DNA from: Asterionella formosa
Taxonomy: Eukaryota
DNA: 53,714 nt
NCBI GenBank assembly: GCA_002256025.1
Contig: NKIB01013681.1
Coordinates: forward strand, 1 to 53,714
Direction of reading: 5' to 3'
Part shown: one piece after another, positions 1-12,003 of the stretch
Layout: each line of letters begins with the position of its first letter
How positions within the stretch are numbered: the first letter of the stretch is position 1
Notes under the pieces: generated by a model
The model's input: the letters and a program-made list of their open reading frames with translations, nothing else
The model's database searches: none
What the model was told of the DNA's origin: nothing
Position numbers and translations under genes: made by a program

Positions 1-872
1 TACGAGGTACCAGGTACCTAAAGTATGGGACCAGGTAGCATGGTACCTGCTAGCAACTAGAAATGATATACACGTAGCTCTATAGTACAAGATTGGAGTA
101 ATGGTACATTCGGTATGGTACCTGTTAGGAGTACATGGTACGGCACCTGGTACCAGGTACCCTGGTACCTGTACTCAGTAAGTGCGGTACCGGGTACCAG
201 GTACCAGGTACTGTTATGATAATCAATGAGGTGGACGATGCATGTGCATGCATGCAGCCATTGTCTGGCAAAACCAACCGATCACTCCGACTCAATCACA
301 GTAGTCATCAGCAGCCATTCCATGAAAAACGTCGGCTCAGCCAAACATACGTACATAAATATTTGTTAGCACAGGGTACTGCCTCCCAATTTTCTTCATT
401 CGGAGGCTGCTCTCAGGACCGTCCGCCAGCTGGCAGTACCAAATCCATGGGAAATTGGACGGTACATCCCGGTAGAGGACGATAGACGGAGTTGTTATGT
501 GCTTGTAGTACCTGGTACCAAATACCTACCGGTACTCCTGTAGACCAGTAGAATTATTATGGAGGCAACCGTGCCGAATACCACTTTTTATTTATACCGG
601 CCGGTATACTGTGCAATACTGTACATAAATATATTATGGATGATTTGATGTCTACGATAGTTGACACGCCAGCCAATTTCAACCATCATTCAGCCCTATA
701 TGCATGATAGTATCGCAATCGGTAGTTCTACATCTAGAAATACTTACTAAATACTGTGGTCTATATACCACCGCTAGAGGAGACTGTTCAACAACATCAT
801 CATTCCTTTGTTGCAAGAGAGAGAGAGTGTTCATATTGTTATTGTTGCTGCAACAGTTGATTTTGTTTCACC

Positions 873-2683
873 ATGGCACCCAACGAAGAGCCCGAGATTG
901 TCGTCGATGAGGAGGAGGACGATGACGACGAAGACGATGAAGGTCAGTTCTGATTTGTAACATGGGAAATTTTGATACATGTTTATTCCAATTCGGAAAG
1001 CGACATGTCTGATCCAAAGGGGACACCATACTCGACATTCCTCTCGCACACTCACTCACTCACTCTTTGATTGTGCTCTATATAGACGAGGAAGGAGGAG
1101 ATGGTGAAAAGGAAGAATGCACTGATCTTTCCAACAGGTATGTTTTTGTTTCATAGTTTTGGGCAAAAGTTATTTGCTCGTTCTCATGCTCCGACCGTTT
1201 CCTACCATTAAAAAACAACCACAACCATATCAATATTCACAGTGATGTTTGCACTAAATATCAAGAAGCTGCTAAAATTGTGAATCTAACATTGGAAGGG
1301 TTGGTTGCACAATGCAAGGTGGGAGCAAATGTGATTGATTTGTGTAAATTTGGTACCACTGTCATGGAAACTGCTGCCATGAAGTTATACACTAAAAAGA
1401 ACAAAGGACAAGATGTGCAACGAGGCGTTGCCTTTCCTGTTTGTATTAGTGTCAATGATATCGTTTGCAATCACAGTCCATTGGCAAGTGAGGAATTGGT
1501 ACGTGATTACATTGTCTGATCGTGCTCGTTGGTGATCCTGTTGGAGTCAATTATCAAGTGGTTTCCGAGTGCGTCGATTCCTCGCTTTTCCGAGACTCGG
1601 AAAAGAGAGAAGGCACGCGAAGAAAGAATCACAGACTCAGCTGACAACAGGTAGATTGGACTTTAGGGTGAAACTTGGTTGATTGCCTTTTTATCCAAAA
1701 GGATTGATCCCTCGATTTACTACGACTTTGTAGAAACGTTATATTGGAACAAACCCTCTGTATTCAAGGTTGCATGACAATTATATTTTCTATAAACTCA
1801 CACATTCACAAAACATACACAGACACCCCTCCAAGCAGGAGACATTGTCAAGATGGATCTTGGTTGTCACTTGGATGGATACATTGCTGTTGCAGCTCAT
1901 ACTGTAGTTGTTGCTGCCGATGATGAAACACCACCAGCCCCCAATGAGACCATATCTCTTGTTGCCGTGGCTGCCTACAACGCCATGCTTGTGGCTGCAC
2001 ATTCTATCCAAGCTGGGAAAACAAATGTTGATGTTACCAAAGCAGTCGAACGGGTTGCAACTCAGTATGGAGTCAAACCCATCTCATCTGTTAGGATGCA
2101 TCAAATGAAGCGATTCGTTCTAGACGGAGTCAAGGAAGTATCACTCAAGGAACCTTCTCCTCAAGATTTGGAAGAAGGGGACGAGAAACTACCTGAATGC
2201 AAATTTGAACAATTTGAAGTGTATGCTGTTGACGTTGCCATGTCTTCTGGTGATGGCAAGGCCAAGGCAGGTGCCTTGCGTACCACCGTCTTCAAACGCA
2301 ATGTGGAAACAAATTATCGTTTGAAAATGAAGGCCTCTCGAAGTCTCTTGTCGGAAGTTGACAAAAAGTTCCCCACCTTACCCTTTACATTGCGCCATTT
2401 TGAAGATGAAAAGTCTGCCAAAATGGGAATTACGGAATGTGTGGCTCATGGGTTGTTGACCCCCTACCCCTCGTTGCATGAAAAGTCAGGTCAGGTGGCA
2501 CATTTTAAATGTACTGTGTTGCTTTTGCCAAATGGGACCATCCGTGTGACAGGATTGGACCTGCCAGCGTACTTTAGCACGGATAAGGAGGCTGATGAAG
2601 AAACTCAGTTGATTTTGAAGGAGTTGGCTGATGTGGCAGCAAAGAAAGCCAAGAAGAAGGCTAACAAGAAGAAGAAGAAATAG
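873..2683 (+). CDS. PA2G4: Proliferation-associated 2G4 / EBP1 (MetAP/M24 fold); 4 exons 873-942, 1086-1137, 1243-1498, 1823-2683
   Basis: Spliced frame reads MAPNEE...DLSNSDVCTKYQEAAKIVN...RGVAFPVCISVNDIVCNHSPL...GDIVKMDLGCHLDGYIAVAAHT...KKFPTLPFTLR...VAHFKCTVLLLPNG and ends in a Lys-rich tail; GT-AG junctions at 943/1085, 1138/1242 and 1499/1822 keep the frame. Confidence 0.93.
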
Positions 2684-3425
2684 GTCTTTTAATCATGGGT
2701 TGTGGGCTGGAGGATGGAGGGAGGTGATGAGACAGGAAGTGATGATTAAGTGTTCTAAACTAATTATCCAATCAAGATTTACAGAAGGCTACTTCTCTAT
2801 TTTGTCCTGATAGAAGCAATTGTTTTTAGATCGTGGTTCTAGATGGTTTTGGATGCAACAAAGCAGGCCCACTGATAATTCACAGAATGTTCATGTCAGA
2901 CCACATGAAAATGAACTTTAGTTGGCATTGGGTGTTGTAGAACCTTTTTTATCATGACCTAGCATACCATAGCTAATCTACCGGTTTACTGGGTTCATCA
3001 TGGTTTACCAATAAGTAGACAATACTTCCTTGGTGTCCATTTTGACACCTATGTGGGGCTGTGGGTAATGTTCGATCGTTTCATGATGTGGGCCTGTAAA
3101 TGGGATTGTTGTCCTGATGCAGTTTTATGCAAAGAAGGAGGAAGGGGGAAAGTTTTGTGATTGAGTCGAGTGAATCATGGAATGTCAAATTGTTTCTTGC
3201 TTGGTGTTCGTCCTCCCGCTTTTACCTTGTACTTTGTGTACGTGTGGCACAAATGTGGGGCTGATGACCCAACCATTCAGCCACTGCTCCGACTAGTCCG
3301 ACCTTTTTTACCTCTTACCGCTTACCCGAAATCAATTAACGATATCACATGCTGGACGATCTGGTCGAGCCTTGATAGTTCATCGCCGCAGTAATATATA
3401 GAGAAACTCTGTTAGTGTAATCAAG

Positions 3426-3841
3426 GTATGCGCCATGGTGCCTGCTCTTCGCGTTCGTTGTTAATGTACAGTTCGATATTGAAAGCAAGGATTAGAGGCA
3501 AGGAAAGGAGAAGTGCGAAGCAGAATGAAAAGAATGAGTACTAATCATTTGAAAGGGATCAGGTTGGCCCGCTCTGACGACTCTACCACGCCCCTTAGCA
3601 AGGCAATGTAGTCAGAGCTGCCATCTCGCTGCCAAGCAGGATGAAAACTGTGGAAGTCATTCATTATTCGCGTCCCCTTGGGCGTTCGACAGCAGTTATG
3701 GGGCGTCGTTCCACTCGAGTCCGATCGGACAGAACGACGTTTTCTGCCACGATCAGGGGCCTCGGCCCCTCTTAAAATACAGCCCAATCTCGGTTTACAT
3801 GCATCGATCACACCCAACTAACCCTCCACTCTTCCACACAG
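3426..3841 (+). other. Probable 5'UTR intron of RPL17
   Basis: Donor aag|GTATGC at 3426; branch-like CTAAC at 3818-3822, pyrimidine tract and CAG at 3839-3841, 1 nt before the ATG. The acceptor is clearer than the donor. Confidence 0.6.
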
Positions 3842-3842
3842 A

Positions 3843-4400
3843 ATGGTTCGTTACTCTGTTGAACTCGACAACCCCGAGAAGACTTCCAAGTCTCGAGGCT
3901 CCCATCTTCGCATCCACTTCAAGCACTGCCGCGAGATCGCCCATCACACCAAGGGCATGCAAGTGACCAAGGCATTGAAATACTGCGATGATGTACTTGC
4001 CTTCAAGTCCATTGTCCCCTTTGTCAAGTACACTGGTGGTATCGGACGCAAGGCCATGGCCAAACAAATGAAAACACCCGGTGACAAGGGTCGTTGGCCC
4101 GTCAAGGCGATGCAAGTGTACAAGGATTTGCTACGCAATGCAGTTGCCAATGCTGAAACCAAGGGACTGGACCGCGAGACGCTTACCATTAAGCATGCGC
4201 AGTGCAACCAAGCACCTGCAGGACGTCGTAGAACGTACCGGGCACATGGTAGAATTGGAAAATATGCCAGTCAGCCAGCCCACATTGAACTGATTTTGGA
4301 AGAAGACAAGGAACCTGTGGAGAAGGGACCTGAAGAAAAGGTTCAGATTACTAAGAAAATGGCTGCCAAGGCGAGATTTGTTAAGGTTGGTGCTGCTTAA
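3843..4400 (+). CDS. RPL17: 60S ribosomal protein L17 (uL22)
   Basis: MVRYS...SRGSHLRIHFK...GRWPVK...RRTYRAHGRI...HIELIL, the eukaryotic uL22 signature. Confidence 0.97.
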   Translation: MVRYSVELDNPEKTSKSRGSHLRIHFKHCREIAHHTKGMQVTKALKYCDDVLAFKSIVPFVKYTGGIGRKAMAKQMKTPGDKGRWPVKAMQVYKDLLRNAVANAETKGLDRETLTIKHAQCNQAPAGRRRTYRAHGRIGKYASQPAHIELILEEDKEPVEKGPEEKVQITKKMAAKARFVKVGAA

Positions 4401-6660
4401 AATGATCATGCTGTTTGACCACCAAGACAAGAAATAACTTAAATACCACCATTTTATTATTTGTTTATTGGTCCCCAAAGGCGGAAATAACAAAATCGTT
4501 ATGTATCAACATTTCATATTCTTTAGTGCAAGCGTCCCCACCATCATCATTTGGATTGTAACGCACAAGAGCAGTAATGGATGGATGGTTCAAATGCAAA
4601 AGTTTTTATTTATGTTCCTGTTAACATGTAAGTGCAAAGCAGTAGCTAGTATCAGTCAAGTAGGTAGATAACCTTGTGGGAATTGGAAAGACTACCTTGA
4701 CTATTTATCAGCACCACAATGTTGCTATAGTATGTGGTCTTGGGAGATCCTCCTCACCAGCAATGCAATTAGAAACTCATTGAAACAATACCATTATTAT
4801 GTTCCAGTACTCTGTTATAACCGCATTGCTAATGATAGGCTACACTTATCAAATTTTCATTATAGGGCTCAGCAATGGAGTATGTACTGTTTCTTCGCCT
4901 AGTAGTTGCTTCTGCACTTTAACCAGAATTACTACTGGTACATATATTGGTAGATTATTGCCAGTTAGTGACTCTTCCTCATCCTCCTGCTGCTTGGCAA
5001 GAAGTGGTCTATCATAGTCTATATTACTGCCTTATTAGGTACCAGGGTACTAACTTTATATAGGTCCTAGACCATCAAGCTTTTGCACTTTGAGCAGCCT
5101 GTCATGGTCGTTACTGACTCTTGTATCTGCTGCAGATGGGCAGACTACTATGGAATGGCACTACCAAAACAAGGAACTACTGGTACTTCATTTGCGCATG
5201 CGTTTTGGTGAGTTTGAACAAGTCAGCGGGTTTCGTTACAACTTGAACCAGAGAAAATTTGTTTCAAGATACTGTCACACAGTTATCATTCATTCACATC
5301 GTGACTGGACTAATGCATATTTTAAGTGCTTCTTTCGACCACAGCAAAGTACGGGTAATCAGAAATTCCATGTACCTGTTACAAGTACTGACAGAAACAC
5401 TTGTGTCCCTCGATCCCGAGCGATGTGTTTGTTTCCTGGCTGGAGGTATCTGTATCAGTGTCCTCCAATTGACAATGACGAAATTGTCGCTTGCCAGTGT
5501 GCCACCTATTATTACCGTAGTCGATTTATGTCCAATCCTATATTATCGTATCCATTAAAAAACCCTACATTATAACGTTGCACCATTTCCGATTTTGAAA
5601 GTCATCTGCAGCATGTGTATGCAGCAAACAATGATACTGGTAGGAATGGCCAAAGCAAACACGGCATAATAATAGTGTTGACTATATATATATAGGCTTT
5701 ATTGAATGAATTGAGAACATTGAATACCGTACAGACATAGCGTTAGCGCAGTATTTACGTGCACTTTACTTCCCCCTTGTTGTGATGATTGAAAAATAAT
5801 GGTACTGATACAACCAGGTGAGCACCTTGACTGACTATGAGGACGCATTGCGAATTTGTATTCGTTAGTACCGGTACCTGGTACCTGGTAGTGTATGCGA
5901 GGAAAATCAATTCTTTTTGCTTATATTACCGGGAGTAAAAAATGTTGTTTTACCATCAATAACGACCAAATGTTCAAGTGTCGACGTTGGTATGTAGTCT
6001 AATTAATGTTCTTAAGTGTATATTAATCAATTGTGTCAAGTCACAGTTGTCAACAAATCCTAATATTAAATGATATATTGCCAACTACTTAAAGGTCTTG
6101 AAAAATTTCACCAATTGTCTCAATGACATTTCTCATGTCAATGAGAACCAGAAAGGTCGATATTGGACCTTTGCTTGGAAATGTCGATCAAGCATAGTTG
6201 GAATTCGCACATGCGCGAACCCTCCATGCCCTGCGTGCCTGTCATCATAAACCTTCGGATGGTCCTGGTACCAATGTTACATACCAAGCTTTCTACTAGC
6301 CTTTTTGTACTGGCAGGTTGTGCATGTAACACTCGGTACCTGGTACCAGGTACCTTGGTACCAGATACCTGATACAGTTCTATTTCGACGAAATACAGTA
6401 TACAAGGTTCTTTATGTAAAGGAATCAATTATTATTCCGTTGGCATTCTACTGTTTCGTGCGTGATTGACAAACTTTGTACGCGATGGTACATTTTTAGC
6501 TTGCATCTGCTTGATGATGGTGAGCTGTTCGTAAATTTTTTATCATCGAGTACTTACTATACGAAGCAACATTTGTCATGTTACTGTATGTAGCAAGTAG
6601 TGCTTGAAGGGCTCACAATTGCTACTCTTGAAGTTAATCCTTTATCTTGTCACTTTCACC

Positions 6661-7818
6661 ATGTCTGCAAACAAGACCTCTCCTACTGTCAAGAAAGCCA
6701 AGCTCCACAGCATCATGGAAGCTGCAAGTGCTTTAACAGCGTTGAACGACGAAGAAACGAAGCGCTACATCCCGGAGCACAAGAAGCCGGACGCGGCTCT
6801 GACATTTCCAGAAAAGGTAAGCATTTTGCTTCAATCCGAAGTATCGGAACGCCATGCCCGTGGAACCAATGCGTGCGGCGAACAGATCCATGAAGCCACG
6901 AAGCGCATTCCATCGTATGCAGGATGGAACAGTGCCAGTGAGGTCGGTGACTCGTGTGTCCCTGGTACATTGTCCACGGACCTGAATCAGTCCTGAATTT
7001 CGCCTCTTTCTGCGACCGATACCTAATGCTCTTGGCTAACATGGCATTCCCTTCCCTCTCAGCTGATGAGCATGATGCGGTTCGCCGAGAAGCACGCACA
7101 CGACGAAGGTTATTGCGTTGCGTGGCTCGTGGACGGCAAGTCATTCGTCATTCGTGATGCGGACGCCTTCACACGCAACATCATTCCTCAATTCTTCAAA
7201 TCTACAAAGTTCAGCTCCTTCACTCGCAAGCTTTATCGATGGGGCTTTCGTCAAGTCAACCGGGGAATTGGTCCGGACGATCCTATTATTTTTGGAAACG
7301 AGTTCTTTCAGAGGGACCACGCGGACTTGATGGCCAAGATGCGTTCCATTACCGCTGGCAATATCACCGAGTCCGGCAAGAAGAAGCGACGTGCTAGCAA
7401 CATGCAAGAGGACGAAGACCACGACCGAAAGCGCTTCATGTACGCTCAGCGTGGAATGGACTTGGCTCTTGCAGGCGGCGCGAAGCAAGGAGCAAACAAT
7501 GCTCACCTACCAATGGCACTCAACCTGTCCAATGCCTTGCGCCCTAACTTTACCATGTTGCACCAAATGCAACATTTACAACAGCAACAGGAGCATCAAA
7601 AGCGCCTCTCGCTGCAGCTATCGAATTTTCACCATGTCAGTAATATGCAGCAGCAGCAGTTCAACAACATGTTCCTTCCTCAACAGCAACACCTGCAAAT
7701 GCAGCAGCAACAGATGAATTTCCATCAGCAACACCTTCAGGGAATTCCACCATTCCCTAGTGCTGCCACGGCAGAGATTGTGAACGCTGCTATAAGCGCT
7801 CTTCGTTATGCTTCCTAA
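6661..7818 (+). CDS. Heat shock factor (HSF)-type transcription factor; exons 6661-6816 and 7063-7818
   Basis: TFPEK|LMSMM...VAWLVDGKSFVIRD...FFKSTKFSSFTRKLYRWGFRQ is an HSF DNA-binding domain; GTAAGC...CTAAC...CAG intron at 6817-7062; Gln-rich C-terminus. Confidence 0.9.
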
Positions 7819-8748
7819 ACTTCCTTTTGGAGATATTGATACATTTGGGTTTCATAACTATCAAAGTTGCTTCGCCTATATCTATATGCATACTTATATA
7901 TAACATCCTTTGTTGCGTTCTCAAATTGTTTAATTTTATTTTTCATTTCAATTTAGAACTTTATCATTTCTAAGAATAACGACGACTCTTGATCATGATA
8001 TATACGATGATATTTTCCTCTTAAATATCCCGTGAGAGTGCCATTTTGAAGGAGAACCGCATTGTCGACAAAAATACCCGCAGCTAGTACTGCATACATC
8101 GTAGGAAACAGTACGATTCTTACACTTTCGGGTGATCCATTCAAGTGGGCTGAGATTCATGATGCGACGTGGTCGGAGTAGGAGCTTTGTCGTGTCGACA
8201 AACTACCGGTAAATATATCGCCGGCTTGTTGAAATCGTGTGAGTGACAGTCGTTCTGTGTGACCCTAATAATATCGCGACAAACAAAGTTAGGGCCTGTT
8301 TTTGGACTGCGCCTCCTCGTGCAATAAATAAGGATATCGTTGAGCGATGTTGAATCAATCCCGCTTTATACACACAAATGATTTATAGAAGAATCAGCTC
8401 CTTTTGTTACCTGAACCATGTGCGTTGTCAGACGATCCTGCGCATAAATAGGTAGTCCCTATGCTCTAAGTATATTGTTGCAATAAATGACGAGTCAAAA
8501 TGTCGTATACTGTATACCGATCGTACTTTATTTCGAAATACCGGTAATTTGTTCAACTCCGTTCCTACCCAGGTACCGGTATCGGCAAACCTGGTAACCT
8601 GGTACCAGGTACCTTGTACCTTTACGATAGTTCCAGGTGCCAGTAACAGTTACGGAGTAATCCGGAGTACCCGTGGTCCTGTAGTTACCCAGGGCAACAG
8701 GATTGGTGGTACCAGGTACCTATTATAACAGGTATCAGGTATAAAAGC

Positions 8749-9235
8749 CTTTGAGCCACATTATTATATCGTTTTCCGACTAACTGATTCTAGATTTCTG
8801 CTAAAATCGATCCCCTCTTTCGCCCATAAGCACGATATTAGTTCTTTCATTAAGCTACACGAGAATAAGATCATTTTTACTTGAACATACATTTACTCAG
8901 ATCTATCATTCTAAAAGTGACAAAACCAGTTGAAGTTTGTGGCTCAAAGCCATTGATTAAAATTTTTGCATACATGTATATAATAATAAGTGACAATTTG
9001 AAAACATTATATCGTTTGCATTTTTTTGCAGTAGTTGCATCGTTCTTAGACTGGCGGTGTTCCCATATTATCTTGTCCTCAGTTCTGTCAAAGACTCCTC
9101 AAAATTTTCGAAGTACTAGTAGACATTGCATTGTTCTTGTTAGACTGGTGGTCCTCACATCATATCTTGTCATGTAATGTGAGCGACTGAAGGGTGAGGA
9201 AGTGGGCGCCATGACAGTTGCAACCATCACTGCAC
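8749..9235. repeat. Dispersed repeat copy 1 (homologous to 49069-49576)
   Basis: Colinear similarity by eye, e.g. ctttgagccacatt..atatcgttt.ccgactaa, agatcatttttacttgaacata, ggctcaaagccattgattaaaattt, gagcgactgaa. Confidence 0.85.
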
Positions 9236-11640
9236 TGTTGTCATGTATCATGGTGTCATGGTATCTGTAAGTAGAAATTGCTTCGTTGTTGGAAATGGAA
9301 GATTGCCTAGTTGCTTGTACCACCATGTTGCCATTGTTTTCGTTTGTGCCACTGTCCACTCTTCTGGCTGATTGATTAGCATTCTGATTGCATAAACATT
9401 GCTGGCAAGCGCCGTGTATGCACCTCTTTTCTTATTCTCTCGCTCACTCTGCACTTCTTCTGCATGCCTCCTCCTTTTTTAGCTGGTCATCAAGCAGCCG
9501 CTTCAGGACCCAACAAGTTCATCTGCAAATAGAAAGCATCTTATTCCTGTGATGGACCTTATGATGATGATAATATGATTGTATAATTTCAATATATATT
9601 TTCTAATATGTACAACAATTGTCATTATAAATTAAATAGAAACCTTGTTGGACTATGCTTGCTTATTGTACAATTATGTGTATACTATTCACTTTTTTCC
9701 TGTATTTCAGTTTCCTCGTAGACTGATTTACCAGCGAACTATTCGTTTATGTGTGATCATCATCACTTGCTCCGCTTTTCGCTCCGTCTTTAACACTGAA
9801 ACAACGACGACGATTTGAATCATTGTATTGTTCCTCAAGTCTTTATGATGTGATTGTTATGATGTCATTATCATGTTTCATTGTAATTTGTCTTTGCAAA
9901 CGCTCTGTGACAATGGTTCTACCAAGAATTGATGCATCAACCGAGGAATGGTGCCGCTGACCTTTGCAGCATAGTACACTGTTGGTGGTCCACCGAAGAA
10001 TCGACACCAATGACTTGAATGTTTGTCCAATTACTCTGTTGCTCAAGCCTTTATGACGATGTAAGTGCTTTTATTCTGGCATTATCATCATGACACATTA
10101 TATTGAGTGTACGGAGTATTTGTATACATTCCATTATGATTTTCTCAACAATTCACCTCACAATCAATGGTTGCTATGCATGTAAATTTTTGTTTGTTTT
10201 TATTAAGGCAACAGCAGACACAACATTGAATAATGATACAACGATACAACAAAACAACAATACAACAATACATCATAACAACAATACAACAGCAACTTAT
10301 TCTCATTATCATGCAGAACTGTCTTGATAGTGACAATCTTTTGCAAACCTTCTGTGATGGTTCCCTCAAGAATTCACCTGACAACCATGTCTACCATATC
10401 GATGTTGGCTATGTGGTGGAGGGACTTGTTGTCGCCATGTTGGCTTGTTCTTCTTGGGGAGAACCCACTACATATAAGACCTTGTTCGTAGAATAACCGG
10501 TTTTCAACGACTGGATATTGTCATTCATAAACGAATCATATTTCATCCAATTACAATCACCTGAATATAAATAGCTATTGGATGATATCTTTATGCTCAA
10601 ATGATTGTCTTTACTTAAATGATTTATAGCCTTTACTTTAGTCCTTTCTTAAAAAAAAGTTCGTTTTATTAATATTATCTAATGATTTCAACAGTCAACT
10701 TATGATTCCGATATAATCGTCACAATCACTGATTTATAATCACACAATACTTCGATCATATTATATGATCAAATCAATGCAAATATTTTGAAGTTTCTAG
10801 CTAATAATTTATGCGTTGAATACAAAACAACTTCACAATAACATGATTCTTTCATCGTCATCATGATTAGTACGTCACAATATACAATAGATGTGCGTAA
10901 TAGTATACATCATACAATAAACATGCATGAAATACCAGTATAATGTAAGCAAATAGTATAATACTGCTGCTGAGGCTGCTACTACATTCCAATCATTGAC
11001 GCTAATGGAATTCCATTTTGTTGACCGCATTCAAATATCAATACAGATTAAGGTTGATATGGAACACAACAAAAACAATTGTTATGAAAGAGAGGATAGT
11101 CTATTTGGGTTTACACTTGAAGACGTTCTAAAATCGAGGAAGAATTGTTTGAAACGACTCATTGAATCGGTCGATAGTTCATTTGTGTCTACTTCCAAAT
11201 CTGATGATTTTGACAAGGTTTACATTTCTCCAGAAAAAGAGCTCATATGTTAATTGCCTATATCCATTTATCAAAGAGGTCATCTTTCAACTGCGAAACC
11301 AAAACAAATGAATCAATTAATTTCAATGAGAAGCAGCGGGCTATTCATATTGATCATTCACCAAATCGAGAAGAAGCCAGTCTATCTTTGATGATAATGC
11401 ACAATATGTCTCGTGATGATACATCTCCAATGGCACTTCGACATTTAAAGTCCAAAGACAAGATTTCTAATCCACAACAGGTTATTCAGAATGAAAGTTT
11501 CTATTATTCTACAAAAGTTCTTTTGCAAGCTTTTATGGCAAATACTTATGACTCACTATTATTCTAGCCAGCAAAAAGGAGCGGAAAATTGTGTTTTGAT
11601 AATTTTATTCCGAACCAAACAATGTAATGATGAGTGATCA

Positions 11641-12003
11641 TGGCTTAGTAGTTATGTCGTTGGATGCAACATGGAATGTTTTTTGAGATGGAATTGTTGT
11701 GTTCGACTGCCACACTTCTCCATACCATACATGCCCTTGCCTGGTGGTGTACAAGAAATAGTCGTGGGTTTGCCCCACTAGTACTACAAGCAGCTTGTGC
11801 GGCCTTCCTACTAGGCGGTCGGAGTTCCCCTACTAACGCTGCGACTCAGACAATCACCTTTCATGAAAGGTGGTTGGGGACTCACCTATGCTATCAAAAC
11901 TAGTAGGGAAGCACAAGCCTTGTTGGTAGGTAGCAAAATGACATGGTACTCCAATTAGGATGCTTCAAGTACAGGTACCAGTACTAGTCTACTACTACTA
12001 CTA
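11641..12003 (+). mobile_element. tRNA-derived SINE-like element, copy A
   Basis: A-box-like TGGCTTAGTAG at 11641, B-box-like GTTCGACTGCC at 11701, ~230 bp body homologous to the reverse complement of 21329-21690, and (CTA)5 at 11989-12003. Confidence 0.6.

Noticed and set aside
135..485. ORFs containing LVPGT/YQVPGT (also 6138-6428, 23673-23936, 33030-33461)
   Set aside because: Translations of the GGTACC clusters, not proteins
2739..3001. C/D-box-like pairs (GTGATGA...CTGA on +, ATGATGA...CTGA on -) downstream of PA2G4
   Set aside because: No terminal stems and no rRNA-complementary guide that I can recognise; such short motifs occur by chance
5090..5575. 161-aa and 99-aa overlapping ORFs
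   Set aside because: No recognisable family; possibly a decayed gene fragment but not supportable
9700..11570. AT-rich stretch with short ORFs
   Set aside because: No motifs, termini or internal homology identified
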